Origin: an uncultured cyanobacterium | GTDB lineage: Bacteria; Cyanobacteriota; Cyanobacteriia; PCC-9006; JAAUQQ01 | Length of the DNA stretch: 64,000 nucleotides | Direction: 5' to 3' | Assembly (NCBI GenBank): GCA_963718615.1 | Contig: OY970368.1 | Location: forward strand, 3,520,001-3,584,000 | Position numbers and translations under genes: made by a program | The notes under the pieces: generated by a model | Database searches by the model: none | Seen by the model: only the letters and a program-made list of their open reading frames with translations | Told to the model about the DNA's origin: nothing | Part shown: positions 1 to 10,498 of the stretch, piece after piece | Position numbering within the stretch: the first letter of the stretch is position 1 | Layout of the letters: every line of letters starts with the position of its first letter

Positions 1-197
1 GTCCTGATAATCCCCTAGGCCGTCGCTGGATCGGCTTTTGGACGGACGGAACCAATGTGATCGGATTTCACGGAACGCCCAATGAAAATTTGGTGGGTCA
101 GGCGGTTTCCCATGGCTGTATTCGGATGAAAAATTCCCACATCCAGAGCATGTTTGAGCTAATTGCCCAGGGGGCTACGGTGCGCGTTGATCCCTAG
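1..197 (+). CDS. L,D-transpeptidase (YkuD family), 3' part only (truncated by window start)
   Basis: Manual translation from nt 3: PDNPLGRRWIGFW...GFHGTP...VSHGCIRM...VRVDP*, TAG at 195-197. HGT...SHGC is the YkuD catalytic motif. Not in the ORF track. Confidence 0.9.
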   Translation, partial: PDNPLGRRWIGFWTDGTNVIGFHGTPNENLVGQAVSHGCIRMKNSHIQSMFELIAQGATVRVDP

Positions 198-214
198 ACC
201 TGGAGACAGTTGGG

Positions 215-1156
215 TCACGCAAAGCAGGCCGTTTGGATGGTTTGCCAGACTTGGTCGAGCAAATCCGAGGCATCGGCTTCAAACCACTGAATCTCGGGGA
301 TGGCGCGAAACCAGGTGCGCTGGCGTTTGGCAAACTGCCGGGTGTGCAAAATAGTGAGGTCTTGGGCGGTTTCTAGGTCAACCTCGCCCCGCAGATACTG
401 GCTGATTTCTTGGTAGCCCAGGGTGTTGAGCAGGGGGAGCCCGTCGCCATAGCGATCGCGTAATCCCTGCACTTCTTCCACAAATCCTGCTGCGACCATG
501 GCCTGGGTCCGTTGGCGGATGCGGAGGTCTAGGCCCTTGTCGGGCGATCGCCCCTGGCAATCTAAACCAATCTGCAAAATTGGATAATCCGGCGGATCTT
601 CCCCCTGCTGACTAGAAATCGGCTGGCCGGTGACGTAAAAAACCTCTAGGGCTCGGAGAGTTCGAACCGCATCATTGGGATGGATCCGTTGGCTGGCCTG
701 GGGATCGAGGGATTGGAGGAGGGCGTAGCAATGGGGTTGGCCGAGGGTGGTGAGCTGCGATCGCAAATCCTCCTGAGGGGGCACCCGAGGAATTTTTAGC
801 CCACGCACCACGGATTTTATATAAAGACCCGTTCCTCCCACGAGCAGCGGAGTGCCATGGGGTCCCGAGGTTGCTTGCTGCTGAAACTGGGCCACAAGCT
901 CCTGGGCTTGCTGCTGATAGTCACCTAGGGTTAAGGTTGCCGTCGGCTCACAGAGATCCAGCAAATAATGGGGCACCCGCTGCTGCTCGGCCTCGCTGGG
1001 CTTGGCGGTGCCAATGTTAAATCCGCGATACACTTGGCGCGAATCCGCCGTCAGGATGACGCTACCCAATCGCTCAGCCAGCGTTAGCGCCAACCCCGAC
1101 TTGCCAGAAGCGGTCGGTCCACAAATGACGATGAGTCCTGCTTGCCGCTGCATCAC
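215..1156 (-). CDS. miaA: tRNA dimethylallyltransferase
   Basis: GPTASGKS P-loop, ADSRQVY, GGTGLY and FAKRQRTWF motifs; divergent from gyrB as usual in cyanobacteria. Confidence 0.97.
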   Translation of the reverse strand: MMQRQAGLIVICGPTASGKSGLALTLAERLGSVILTADSRQVYRGFNIGTAKPSEAEQQRVPHYLLDLCEPTATLTLGDYQQQAQELVAQFQQQATSGPHGTPLLVGGTGLYIKSVVRGLKIPRVPPQEDLRSQLTTLGQPHCYALLQSLDPQASQRIHPNDAVRTLRALEVFYVTGQPISSQQGEDPPDYPILQIGLDCQGRSPDKGLDLRIRQRTQAMVAAGFVEEVQGLRDRYGDGLPLLNTLGYQEISQYLRGEVDLETAQDLTILHTRQFAKRQRTWFRAIPEIQWFEADASDLLDQVWQTIQTACFA

Positions 1157-1189
1157 TCTGAATCACCCTGAATCACTCTGAATCACCCC
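1155..1189. repeat. 10-bp tandem repeat (AC[T/C]CTGAATC, about 3.5 copies) at the miaA start
   Basis: actctgaatc accctgaatc actctgaatc acccc read directly. Confidence 0.8.
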
Positions 1190-1268
1190 AGCTCCTGACA
1201 CCCAACGTTAGAATAGAAAAGATGTACTGAGGCGATCGCCCTACATCCCGTCCTCAAAGTTTGCCTAG

Positions 1269-3311
<2,043 letters not shown>

Positions 3312-3345
3312 CCCAGACCCATTACCCGCCCACCCTATCACCCGC

Positions 3346-3984
3346 TCATCCCGTCACCCGGAACGACTGCATGAACCCTTCCGCCATACCCACAAAGCCA
3401 GGTTCCAGCCGTTCCGGGACCGCCACGGTCATTTGATACAGTCGTGACCCAATCAGATAGGAGCGATGGGTAATGATCACCGCCTGTCCATCTAGCTGAC
3501 TGGTTATTTTATACTGACGACCGGGATAGTCCTGAAAGGAGAGACGGTTCTCTTGCAGTATCTGCCCCTGGAAGCCCTGGAGCAGCGCCTCCCGCTCCCG
3601 CGCAAACATTTGTGACTGGGTGTCTGTGTCTCCATTGGCGATGTTGGTCGCATCCGTCCAACCCACCATGTAGAGCGCTTCAAAGCTCGGTTCAGTCGCC
3701 GTCATAAAATGCTGCTCTGGTGCGGAGCGATCGCTCGTGCCCTGGGCTAGATAGCGAGGCGTATTCGGCATCAGAATGCTAAACCCCCCATCTGGGGCCT
3801 GTACGGTCCGCCACACCGTACGCTGCTGCCAATATTGAAACCCATTGAGGCCGGGGTTAAGGCCGGGATTTGAGGCTTGAGTTTGGGCGATCGCAGGCAG
3901 CCCCAAGCCGCTCCCCCCTAGGGTCGAGAGTGCCACCATCATGGCTAAAGATTTTGTTAGATGCACGGCTGAGAACCTCACCAC
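3346..3984 (-). CDS. Secreted PsbP/DcrB(Mog1p)-like protein, paralog 3
   Basis: Signal peptide ending AIAQ; motifs FSILMP, YMVGWTD, YPGRQY, RSYLIGSRLYQ, GFMQSF shared with the two neighbours. Fold call is inference. Confidence 0.6.
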   Translation of the reverse strand: MVRFSAVHLTKSLAMMVALSTLGGSGLGLPAIAQTQASNPGLNPGLNGFQYWQQRTVWRTVQAPDGGFSILMPNTPRYLAQGTSDRSAPEQHFMTATEPSFEALYMVGWTDATNIANGDTDTQSQMFAREREALLQGFQGQILQENRLSFQDYPGRQYKITSQLDGQAVIITHRSYLIGSRLYQMTVAVPERLEPGFVGMAEGFMQSFRVTG

Positions 3985-4106
3985 AAGACCGGATTCCTCT
4001 TTAGTTTGCCCGGAGAAAAGTCTTGTGAAACAGCCAAAAGCCTTTCTGGCAAAAGGAATTAACTCAGTTGGCTCAGCAATTGATATCTAGGCCATTTGTA
4101 ATTCGA

Positions 4107-4724
4107 TTACCGCAGTTGAAACGACTGTAAAAACCCCTTTGTACTGTGCTGAAGATCAGGCTCGACCCCAGCCGGAACCACTGCCCAAAGCTGAAACACC
4201 CGTGATCCCATCAGAAACGTGCGGCCCGTCAGGATGTAGGTTTGGCGATCGCGATCGCCCCGCAGCCGATATTGCTTACCGGGATACCCCGCCAGCGTCA
4301 GGTTCGTTTCCTGGAGCAATTGCCCCTGCCAACGGTCCGCCCAGTTGCTGAGCAAGGTTTCAAACGCCAGCGTTCGCTGTTGTTGGTGCCGAAGAGAAAG
4401 CTCCGGCGGCAGCTCAATCCAGCTCACGTAATATTCAGCGCCGTGCTGGGATTGCTCAGCGACGAGCCCGAGGCGCTGGACAGACTGACCGAGTAATTCG
4501 ACCGACTCCGTTTGGCGATCGCCCGCTCCCGGCAGCAGTAAGCGGAAATGCCCATCCTGGACATAGACCGACTGCCAAACAGAAGGCTGCGGTTCTTCCC
4601 AAAATTGGGCCAAGACTGAGGGGGGCGTGGCGATCGCCCCCACCAAGACAGTCCCGACGCCCAGAAACAAGATCATGGGAAAGGTATATCCCTTCCCCCA
4701 AGCCAATGGTTTAAAGCAGTGCAC
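4107..4724 (-). CDS. Secreted PsbP/DcrB-like protein, paralog 2
   Basis: FRLLLP, YYVSWIE, YPGKQY, RTFLMGSRVFQ, GFLQSFQL; hydrophobic N-terminus. Start may be the internal ATG near 4676. Confidence 0.6.
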   Translation of the reverse strand: MHCFKPLAWGKGYTFPMILFLGVGTVLVGAIATPPSVLAQFWEEPQPSVWQSVYVQDGHFRLLLPGAGDRQTESVELLGQSVQRLGLVAEQSQHGAEYYVSWIELPPELSLRHQQQRTLAFETLLSNWADRWQGQLLQETNLTLAGYPGKQYRLRGDRDRQTYILTGRTFLMGSRVFQLWAVVPAGVEPDLQHSTKGFLQSFQLR

Positions 4725-4785
4725 AGCTAACTCACTCTGCGGTTTGACGCGATATCTTTAGGGTGCCCGTTCGTCCGCTAGAGAT

Positions 4786-5526
4786 TCAGGAGTCTACTTT
4801 ATTCGTCGGGTCATTGGCTGGGTTATTAGTCAGGTTATGGGTCGGGTTATTGGGGGCATCGCCAGGGGCAATGGGGCGGAGCTGAAAGGATTTCAAGAAT
4901 CCCTGGGTGCTCCCAGTCAAATAGGGTTCTATCCGTTGGGGCACCGCCGCCAGAATGTGATAGAGCCGTGAACCAATCAAATAGCTCCGACTGGTGACCG
5001 TAAAAGCATTGCCTCGGACTTGGCTGGTCATCGTAAACTGTTTACCAGTAGAGCCCGCCAGTTGAATACTGGATTCCGCCGTCAGCTTGCCCTTAAAGCT
5101 CTGCAAAAAACTCTGCTTGGTATGCTCCAAAATTTGAGCCCGACTCGCCTCCGTCAGGTTCCGATCGACGGAAATATCAGACCAAGCCACCATATAAAAC
5201 GCATCATGCTGGGTTTGGGTTGCCAGCAGGAGCGTTTGCTCAACGGGTTTGCCTTCTACCTGAAGGATATTGACCTGGCGATCGACCGTTCCCGGCATCA
5301 GAATGCTAAACCCGCCATCATTGACTTCAAAGGCATTCCAAACCGAGGCATTGGGGGAAGCGGGTTTAACAGCGATCGCCGCTGGGCTTGTTCCGCTAGG
5401 ATTTGCACTGCTGGAATTCGCACTGCTGGAATTCGCGCCAAGCAACAAAGCACAGGAAAGCAAGGTGGGAACAAAACACCGATTAATAGAGGAATTCACA
5501 GGGGGCCTCCAAACAAAATGCACCAA
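4786..5526 (-). CDS. Secreted PsbP/DcrB-like protein, paralog 1
   Basis: FSILMP, YMVAWSD, TGKQF, RSYLIGSRLYH, GFLKSFQL; signal-like N-terminus with a 15-bp duplication encoding ANSSS. Confidence 0.6.
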   Translation of the reverse strand: MVHFVWRPPVNSSINRCFVPTLLSCALLLGANSSSANSSSANPSGTSPAAIAVKPASPNASVWNAFEVNDGGFSILMPGTVDRQVNILQVEGKPVEQTLLLATQTQHDAFYMVAWSDISVDRNLTEASRAQILEHTKQSFLQSFKGKLTAESSIQLAGSTGKQFTMTSQVRGNAFTVTSRSYLIGSRLYHILAAVPQRIEPYLTGSTQGFLKSFQLRPIAPGDAPNNPTHNLTNNPANDPTNKVDS

Positions 5527-5644
5527 AGATTGGCCCTATAGTTCCTTGGCGATCGCCTCTCGGCGATGGGGGATTAGACCTTGCGATCGCTCGACCTTCA
5601 CCCCCCATTGGTTTTCATGAATTTCTCAGACCATCTAGAGCGGG

Positions 5645-7771
5645 TCATCCACGACTAAGGGCTGCCCAAGTCGAGGGTCCTACCACACCATCTGGATCAA
5701 GCCCAAAGCGTCGCTGAGCGGCTATGACCGCCGATCGGGTCAAGGGGCCAAAATCGCCATCGGCGGGAGCCGTGAGGAACCCAAAGGCCCGCAGCCGCTG
5801 CTGGAGCTGGACGACAGCATCTCCGCGATCGCCTTGACGCAGAGTCGGTTGGGTTGGCTGGGTCGGTTGAGCAGGCGTCGCCTTATCCAGGGCAGCCCAG
5901 GTCGTCGGTCCTACAACTCCATCTGCCGTCAATCCCAACTTTTGCTGGGCCGCAATCACAGCCCGCTGCGTCCCCAAGCCAAAGTCTCCGTCCGCCGCAC
6001 CGGAAAGGAATCCTAAATCCTTGAGACGGCGCTGGAGCTGGACGACAGCATCTCCGCGATCGCCCTGCCGAAGCGTAGGACGTTGATCCACGGGATCAGC
6101 CTTAAGCAGAGCCCCATTCCCACTGGGAAAGAGCAACTTCCCGCCGGTTTCATCCAGATGTTTGAAATTCGCATTGGCCAGGACTGCTTGCCGTTGGTCC
6201 AACAACCGCCGGTATAGCCGACGCAGTTCGTTGGTGCGCACTGCACCGCTTGCACCCAGGGCCTTTTGCTCTCGACTAACATATTGGTTAATGCGATTTT
6301 GTAGCGTCGCCACGGGATCAGGACTGCGTAAGACCGCTAAAAACAGAGCCTCGGCAGTATTCGCAGCAGGATTGAGGCGTTCCAAATTCTTGATCACTTG
6401 GGGAATCAAATCACTATTTTCGCCAACCTTAAACTGGGAGGGTATAACTTTGCTACTCCAGAGCTTCGCCCGCACTGGCGACAACACAGGTGTTTCCAGG
6501 TCCAAGGCCAAGACCGCTGCCACAAACTTCGCCGGAACCAAGTCCCGTTGCACCAACTGGGACACGAAATCTGTATCTATAAAGCTCGGTTCTGGCGCAA
6601 ACCAAGCAAAGTGGGTATCTGCTGGTTTTTGGCCATTGAACTGGGTATCTGAGCGACGAACCAAATCATCGTATTCTCGCCCCGTCAGCGATGCAAATCC
6701 CGAGAAGTTTTGGGCATCAAATAATCCCAAGGTACTAGAAATTAAATTGGCATTGAGAAACGTACTACTGGGGATTGAAACGGTTTGGGCCGTCGCACCA
6801 GAGGATTGGCCAAAGGGATGTAATCCTGATAGCGTGTCGCTACTGATGATATTAAATTCAGTCGTCACAAAGAGAGGTTTGAGAAGTCGTAAAGCATCCG
6901 TTATCGTTTTACCATCGGCACTGAGTAGGGCCTGGATTCGGCGATCGTTAAACCGAGAAATGGTCGGGAAAATGTCTGATCCTTCCAAGGTTTCTGCACC
7001 CTGCAAATTGCGGAAGGGTGAGTTTTGTCCTTGGGCGATCGGCCAACTATTCTTCCCACCGGATAGGTAGGTCACTTCGGCACTAAAGGAATGCCAGTTA
7101 TTCCAGGGTAACAGCAGTTCCTTCATCACAGGGCCACCATTAATATGGCATTCCATACAGGTCCCTTGACGAGCAGAGCTAGAGAGCAGATCGGCCCCGG
7201 CAGAGCTCCCTCGAAACTTCCAAGTGGGTGCCGTTTCACCCCTGCCTTGATCGAGTTTATAGTAGTTAAATTGCCCTTGCGATTCGTCCCAGCCCATCGC
7301 TTCTAGAAACCCAGGCAGTGGCAAGGTCTCTGGATTGAAAAGCAGCGAGAAAAACACGTTTTGATCCAGATCGGTTTCGGGGGAATCATCGCGATCGTCC
7401 CGAAGGGTTAAAACAGCTCGACGAACTGCTGCTCGATTATTGACCTTCGTGGCAGCATCAACAATATGTTCATCTACCGCAAATAAACTTTGATCACTAG
7501 ACTTAAGCAATTGTTGAATTTTTGTCAGACTAGTTGTCTCTGCATGGTCCTTCAGAACTAAGTTAAACATCGGATCGTTAAGTTGCGATCGCTCCTGCTC
7601 ACTCAAAGGCCGGATTTCCCCCTGATCAGTCTCCTGTTTAAGCAACAAAGCCTGAGTTTGGGCCCAAGCCGACGAAATCGGCATAAGAATTAGACACAAA
7701 ACCAAAACACTGACCCAAACACTCATCCAAACAAACCGAATCAGGCCGATCGACTGGCGATAAAACCCCAT
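5645..7771 (-). CDS. Secreted protein with one CxxCH motif and two C-terminal peptidoglycan-binding (PG_binding_1) domains
   Basis: Sec signal (...ISSAWAQ); GTCMECHINGGPVMKE; two repeats of LRQGDRGDAVVQLQ...ADGDFG..T..AV...Q...L..DGVVGP.TWAAL. Confidence 0.75.
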   Translation of the reverse strand: MGFYRQSIGLIRFVWMSVWVSVLVLCLILMPISSAWAQTQALLLKQETDQGEIRPLSEQERSQLNDPMFNLVLKDHAETTSLTKIQQLLKSSDQSLFAVDEHIVDAATKVNNRAAVRRAVLTLRDDRDDSPETDLDQNVFFSLLFNPETLPLPGFLEAMGWDESQGQFNYYKLDQGRGETAPTWKFRGSSAGADLLSSSARQGTCMECHINGGPVMKELLLPWNNWHSFSAEVTYLSGGKNSWPIAQGQNSPFRNLQGAETLEGSDIFPTISRFNDRRIQALLSADGKTITDALRLLKPLFVTTEFNIISSDTLSGLHPFGQSSGATAQTVSIPSSTFLNANLISSTLGLFDAQNFSGFASLTGREYDDLVRRSDTQFNGQKPADTHFAWFAPEPSFIDTDFVSQLVQRDLVPAKFVAAVLALDLETPVLSPVRAKLWSSKVIPSQFKVGENSDLIPQVIKNLERLNPAANTAEALFLAVLRSPDPVATLQNRINQYVSREQKALGASGAVRTNELRRLYRRLLDQRQAVLANANFKHLDETGGKLLFPSGNGALLKADPVDQRPTLRQGDRGDAVVQLQRRLKDLGFLSGAADGDFGLGTQRAVIAAQQKLGLTADGVVGPTTWAALDKATPAQPTQPTQPTLRQGDRGDAVVQLQQRLRAFGFLTAPADGDFGPLTRSAVIAAQRRFGLDPDGVVGPSTWAALSRG

Positions 7772-7833
7772 AAAATCAAGCTCCCAAATGATGAATCAAA
7801 AACAATTAGATTTTGGCCCCAATCAACCCCTAA

Positions 7834-9051
7834 TCAACGATTGGTTTCGCGGGCAATGATGACATTGGCTCCTAACTGAAGCTTTTGGGCAACCTGCGCC
7901 CCTGAGGTAATGGCCATACCCTCTAGGGTTAATCCTGGTTGATTGCGCAAGATCCCCCGCTGACCGCCACGACTCACGGTCCATACGCCAGAATTGCGAT
8001 CGGGATTGTTAATATCAATACGGTTGCCATTGAGTGCCCAAATGCCTTGCATCTCCAACAACCGCAGTCTAGTCGGATCCTCCAAACTGAGAAAATTGCC
8101 TTGAATAGCTTGGTTTTGAGCAGCGGCGCAAACATTCGGGTCAGAGCTACGTTCAGGGACACAGTCAACGCGTCCCGAGTTCACTCTTCCCAGCCGACAA
8201 ACTTCCTGGGGTCGCAGTTGCCGCTGGGGAACACTGCACTGGGAGACAAGGTTAAACAAAAACAGCAATGTATTAAACTGCTGAGTCAGACACAAAATCC
8301 CTTTTCGCCCATTGTTCCAGGGATTATTCGCCAAATTCTGACGGAAAAGTTGACCCGCACCTCGATAGGTTTTCTGAAAATTAATAACCGCCGTTTGCGT
8401 GATCGGCCCAAAGTCACCATCCGCCGTCTTCAGCAAATCCAGCCATTGTAGCCGCTGCTGCAAGCGACGCACCGAGTCTCCCCTGGCTCCCAGACGCAGC
8501 ACGGGCTGAAGAAATTCGGGTTCGGCCCCGTGGTCAACGACGCGATCGAGAACGGTCCAGGTTGCAGGACCCACAACACCATCGACACCCAGGGCAGGCG
8601 GAGATTGAGCGGTTCCCAGCAATTCCTGCACGGTTGGATTGGCACCGGGAATCACGCTTTTGATCCCGGCGATGAGAGCTTCCACACTGACATCTGCCAA
8701 CGCTTGCCAGCATTCCGGAAACTCGGTGGTAAAGGTCACCTGGGTCAGTCGTTTCTGACTATCAAACTCCGTGCGCCACTCGATGTATTCCTCTTGGAGC
8801 GTGAGGCGATCGCCATCAATCTGTTTCGGAGAGACCGCCGTGCGCTTACGGGGAAAGGCATTCCAAGGGATCGTTGCGACCTGGATTTGCACATTGGGCT
8901 TGAGCTGATTCAAGCGTTGCAGCGTGATAAATTGGGTTCCCGGCTCTTGGGCCGCTTTTTGATAGCGAATATCGAGTTTACTACGATAAGCGGCTAGGGC
9001 ACCGGGTTTAATCAAAAAGTTAGTTTCGGTTGGATCCTGATAAGGAAACAT
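7834..9051 (-). CDS. Uncharacterised protein with an internal, circularly permuted PG-binding domain; no signal peptide
   Basis: Core motifs WNAFP, QEEYIEW, VTFTTEFPECW, NPWN, RSSDP; insert LGVDGVVGPATW...LRLGARGDSVRRLQQRL...ADGDFGPITQTAVINFQ. Confidence 0.65.
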   Translation of the reverse strand: MFPYQDPTETNFLIKPGALAAYRSKLDIRYQKAAQEPGTQFITLQRLNQLKPNVQIQVATIPWNAFPRKRTAVSPKQIDGDRLTLQEEYIEWRTEFDSQKRLTQVTFTTEFPECWQALADVSVEALIAGIKSVIPGANPTVQELLGTAQSPPALGVDGVVGPATWTVLDRVVDHGAEPEFLQPVLRLGARGDSVRRLQQRLQWLDLLKTADGDFGPITQTAVINFQKTYRGAGQLFRQNLANNPWNNGRKGILCLTQQFNTLLFLFNLVSQCSVPQRQLRPQEVCRLGRVNSGRVDCVPERSSDPNVCAAAQNQAIQGNFLSLEDPTRLRLLEMQGIWALNGNRIDINNPDRNSGVWTVSRGGQRGILRNQPGLTLEGMAITSGAQVAQKLQLGANVIIARETNR

Positions 9052-9060
9052 AGGCTTGGT

Positions 9061-9288
9061 TTACTCCCCAAATCGCTGAACGGTTTTGCCACCCACGAAG
9101 ATTCCGATCACGGTAAGGACTGAATCGGGAATGGCTTGGAGGGCTTCGCCTTTGAGGCTGGCGATCGCCCAAACCACAAAAATTCCCCCTCCCCAAAGCA
9201 TCATTAGCAATCGCGAGGAGGAGAGTTTGCCATTTTCTTCCCGGATAAAGCTACCTAAACCCGCTTGAGGCTGTTGTTCTTCCATCAA
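9061..9288 (-). CDS. Small two-TM membrane protein, holin-like
   Basis: 75 aa; G.LSSSRL, then two hydrophobic segments and a charged GGKTVQRFGE tail; 9-bp gap to the next gene. Holin function is inference. Confidence 0.5.
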   Translation of the reverse strand: MMEEQQPQAGLGSFIREENGKLSSSRLLMMLWGGGIFVVWAIASLKGEALQAIPDSVLTVIGIFVGGKTVQRFGE

Positions 9289-9532
9289 TTCACCCAGCTC
9301 ATGGTTTGGATCATGTGTTCAATTCAGGTCTCAATCTAGAATGGATAGGGAACACAAGGGAGACCAAACACTGATACAGCACTGATATAGCGTTGTGCAT
9401 TGAACGTGATTTTGGTCACGAAGTCACAGGCTGCCATTGGACAATATCAGGACTTTTTCGAGAAATCGGTAAAGTTTCGGAAATGCAAAATAACTTAACT
9501 AGCTGTAGAGCTTTTCCTAATTACCGATGGAT

Positions 9533-9961
9533 TCAGATTGACAAATCTACGATCGCCAACCCCGGCACCTGCTCAAAATCTTTTCGATTCCGAGTCACTA
9601 TCGTTGCTCCTAAAGAAAGGGCGATCGCGGCAATTCTCATGTCCTTTTGCAATCGAGTCTTCCGTAACGGTGGATTTTCCCTCAATAGCTGTTGATATAT
9701 CTGATGGGCTGCATCATCAAAATTAACAATCGGGATACCTTTAAAATATTCAACTGTATGCCAGAATTTTGTATAGAGCGGCACTGGATTTTGGATATTG
9801 GCTCGCGCATTAATCAGAGAAACCCAGCCATTAAACACTTCTTGCACAGTGACAATATTCGTTACAACTTGTGGCTCGAACAACTGAATGTTGCGCTGGA
9901 TGAGTGTATTACCTTCTAGCAGTAAGGAAACATGATCGGAGTCCAGAATAAACCGTGTCAT
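9533..9961 (-). CDS. Type II TA toxin, PIN/VapC family
   Basis: ILDSDHVS, TVQEVFNG, DMRIAAIAL, IVTRNRKDF PIN motifs. Confidence 0.92.
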   Translation of the reverse strand: MTRFILDSDHVSLLLEGNTLIQRNIQLFEPQVVTNIVTVQEVFNGWVSLINARANIQNPVPLYTKFWHTVEYFKGIPIVNFDDAAHQIYQQLLRENPPLRKTRLQKDMRIAAIALSLGATIVTRNRKDFEQVPGLAIVDLSI

Positions 9962-9970
9962 CTTAAACTA

Positions 9971-10333
9971 TTACTGCTGGTAGACTGACGGATCAACCTC
10001 AGAATCATCATCAACGTTGCGTTCGGCCCGAATAGCTGTCGCGATTGCGGCAAAGTCAGCATCATCCTTGTATAGCCCAAATAGCTTACTCCAAGGGCTT
10101 GCTGCAGTGGGGGTCATGGTTAGAGGCAAACTCAGCGGCATAAACTCAACCCGAGCAATTTGGGCTTGCCATTGTTGATGCACTAGGGCGATCGCTGCTT
10201 CCTTGGTTTCAGCTTCCACCCGACAGGCCGGAAACTCCATCACCGAGGCCACAAACCGCCCCGAATCCTGAGATTCAAGCATCAACGTCACAGTAACTTT
10301 GTTGGGGATAGTTGTTGGTGTAACAAGCGTCAT
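9971..10333 (-). CDS. Putative antitoxin with HicB-like N-terminal domain
   Basis: FVASVMEFPACRVEAETKEAAI (HicB-like), then PWSKLFGLYKDDADF and an acidic tail; 9 bp upstream of the PIN gene. Confidence 0.7.
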   Translation of the reverse strand: MTLVTPTTIPNKVTVTLMLESQDSGRFVASVMEFPACRVEAETKEAAIALVHQQWQAQIARVEFMPLSLPLTMTPTAASPWSKLFGLYKDDADFAAIATAIRAERNVDDDSEVDPSVYQQ

Positions 10334-10498
10334 GGGGTCTTATTTCGGGGATGGTCTCGGGAATGATAGATTTATTTTAGCGCAGGGTGATTCTTGGAAG
10401 TTTGGTCGAGGGGTGACCGTCCCTCCAGCATTTGAGGAGCGCAACGGGGCATCCTACATCCCTTTGCACAAATGCATCGGTTTGCACGAATGTATCGG

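Noticed and set aside
6162-7070. 302-aa plus-strand ORF; also 1476-2240 and 50260-50979
   Set aside because: Fully antisense to well-supported genes and without recognisable motifs.
5645-9288. Prophage lysis cassette
   Set aside because: No phage structural, replication or integrase genes nearby, and no recognisable amidase or lysozyme catalytic domain.
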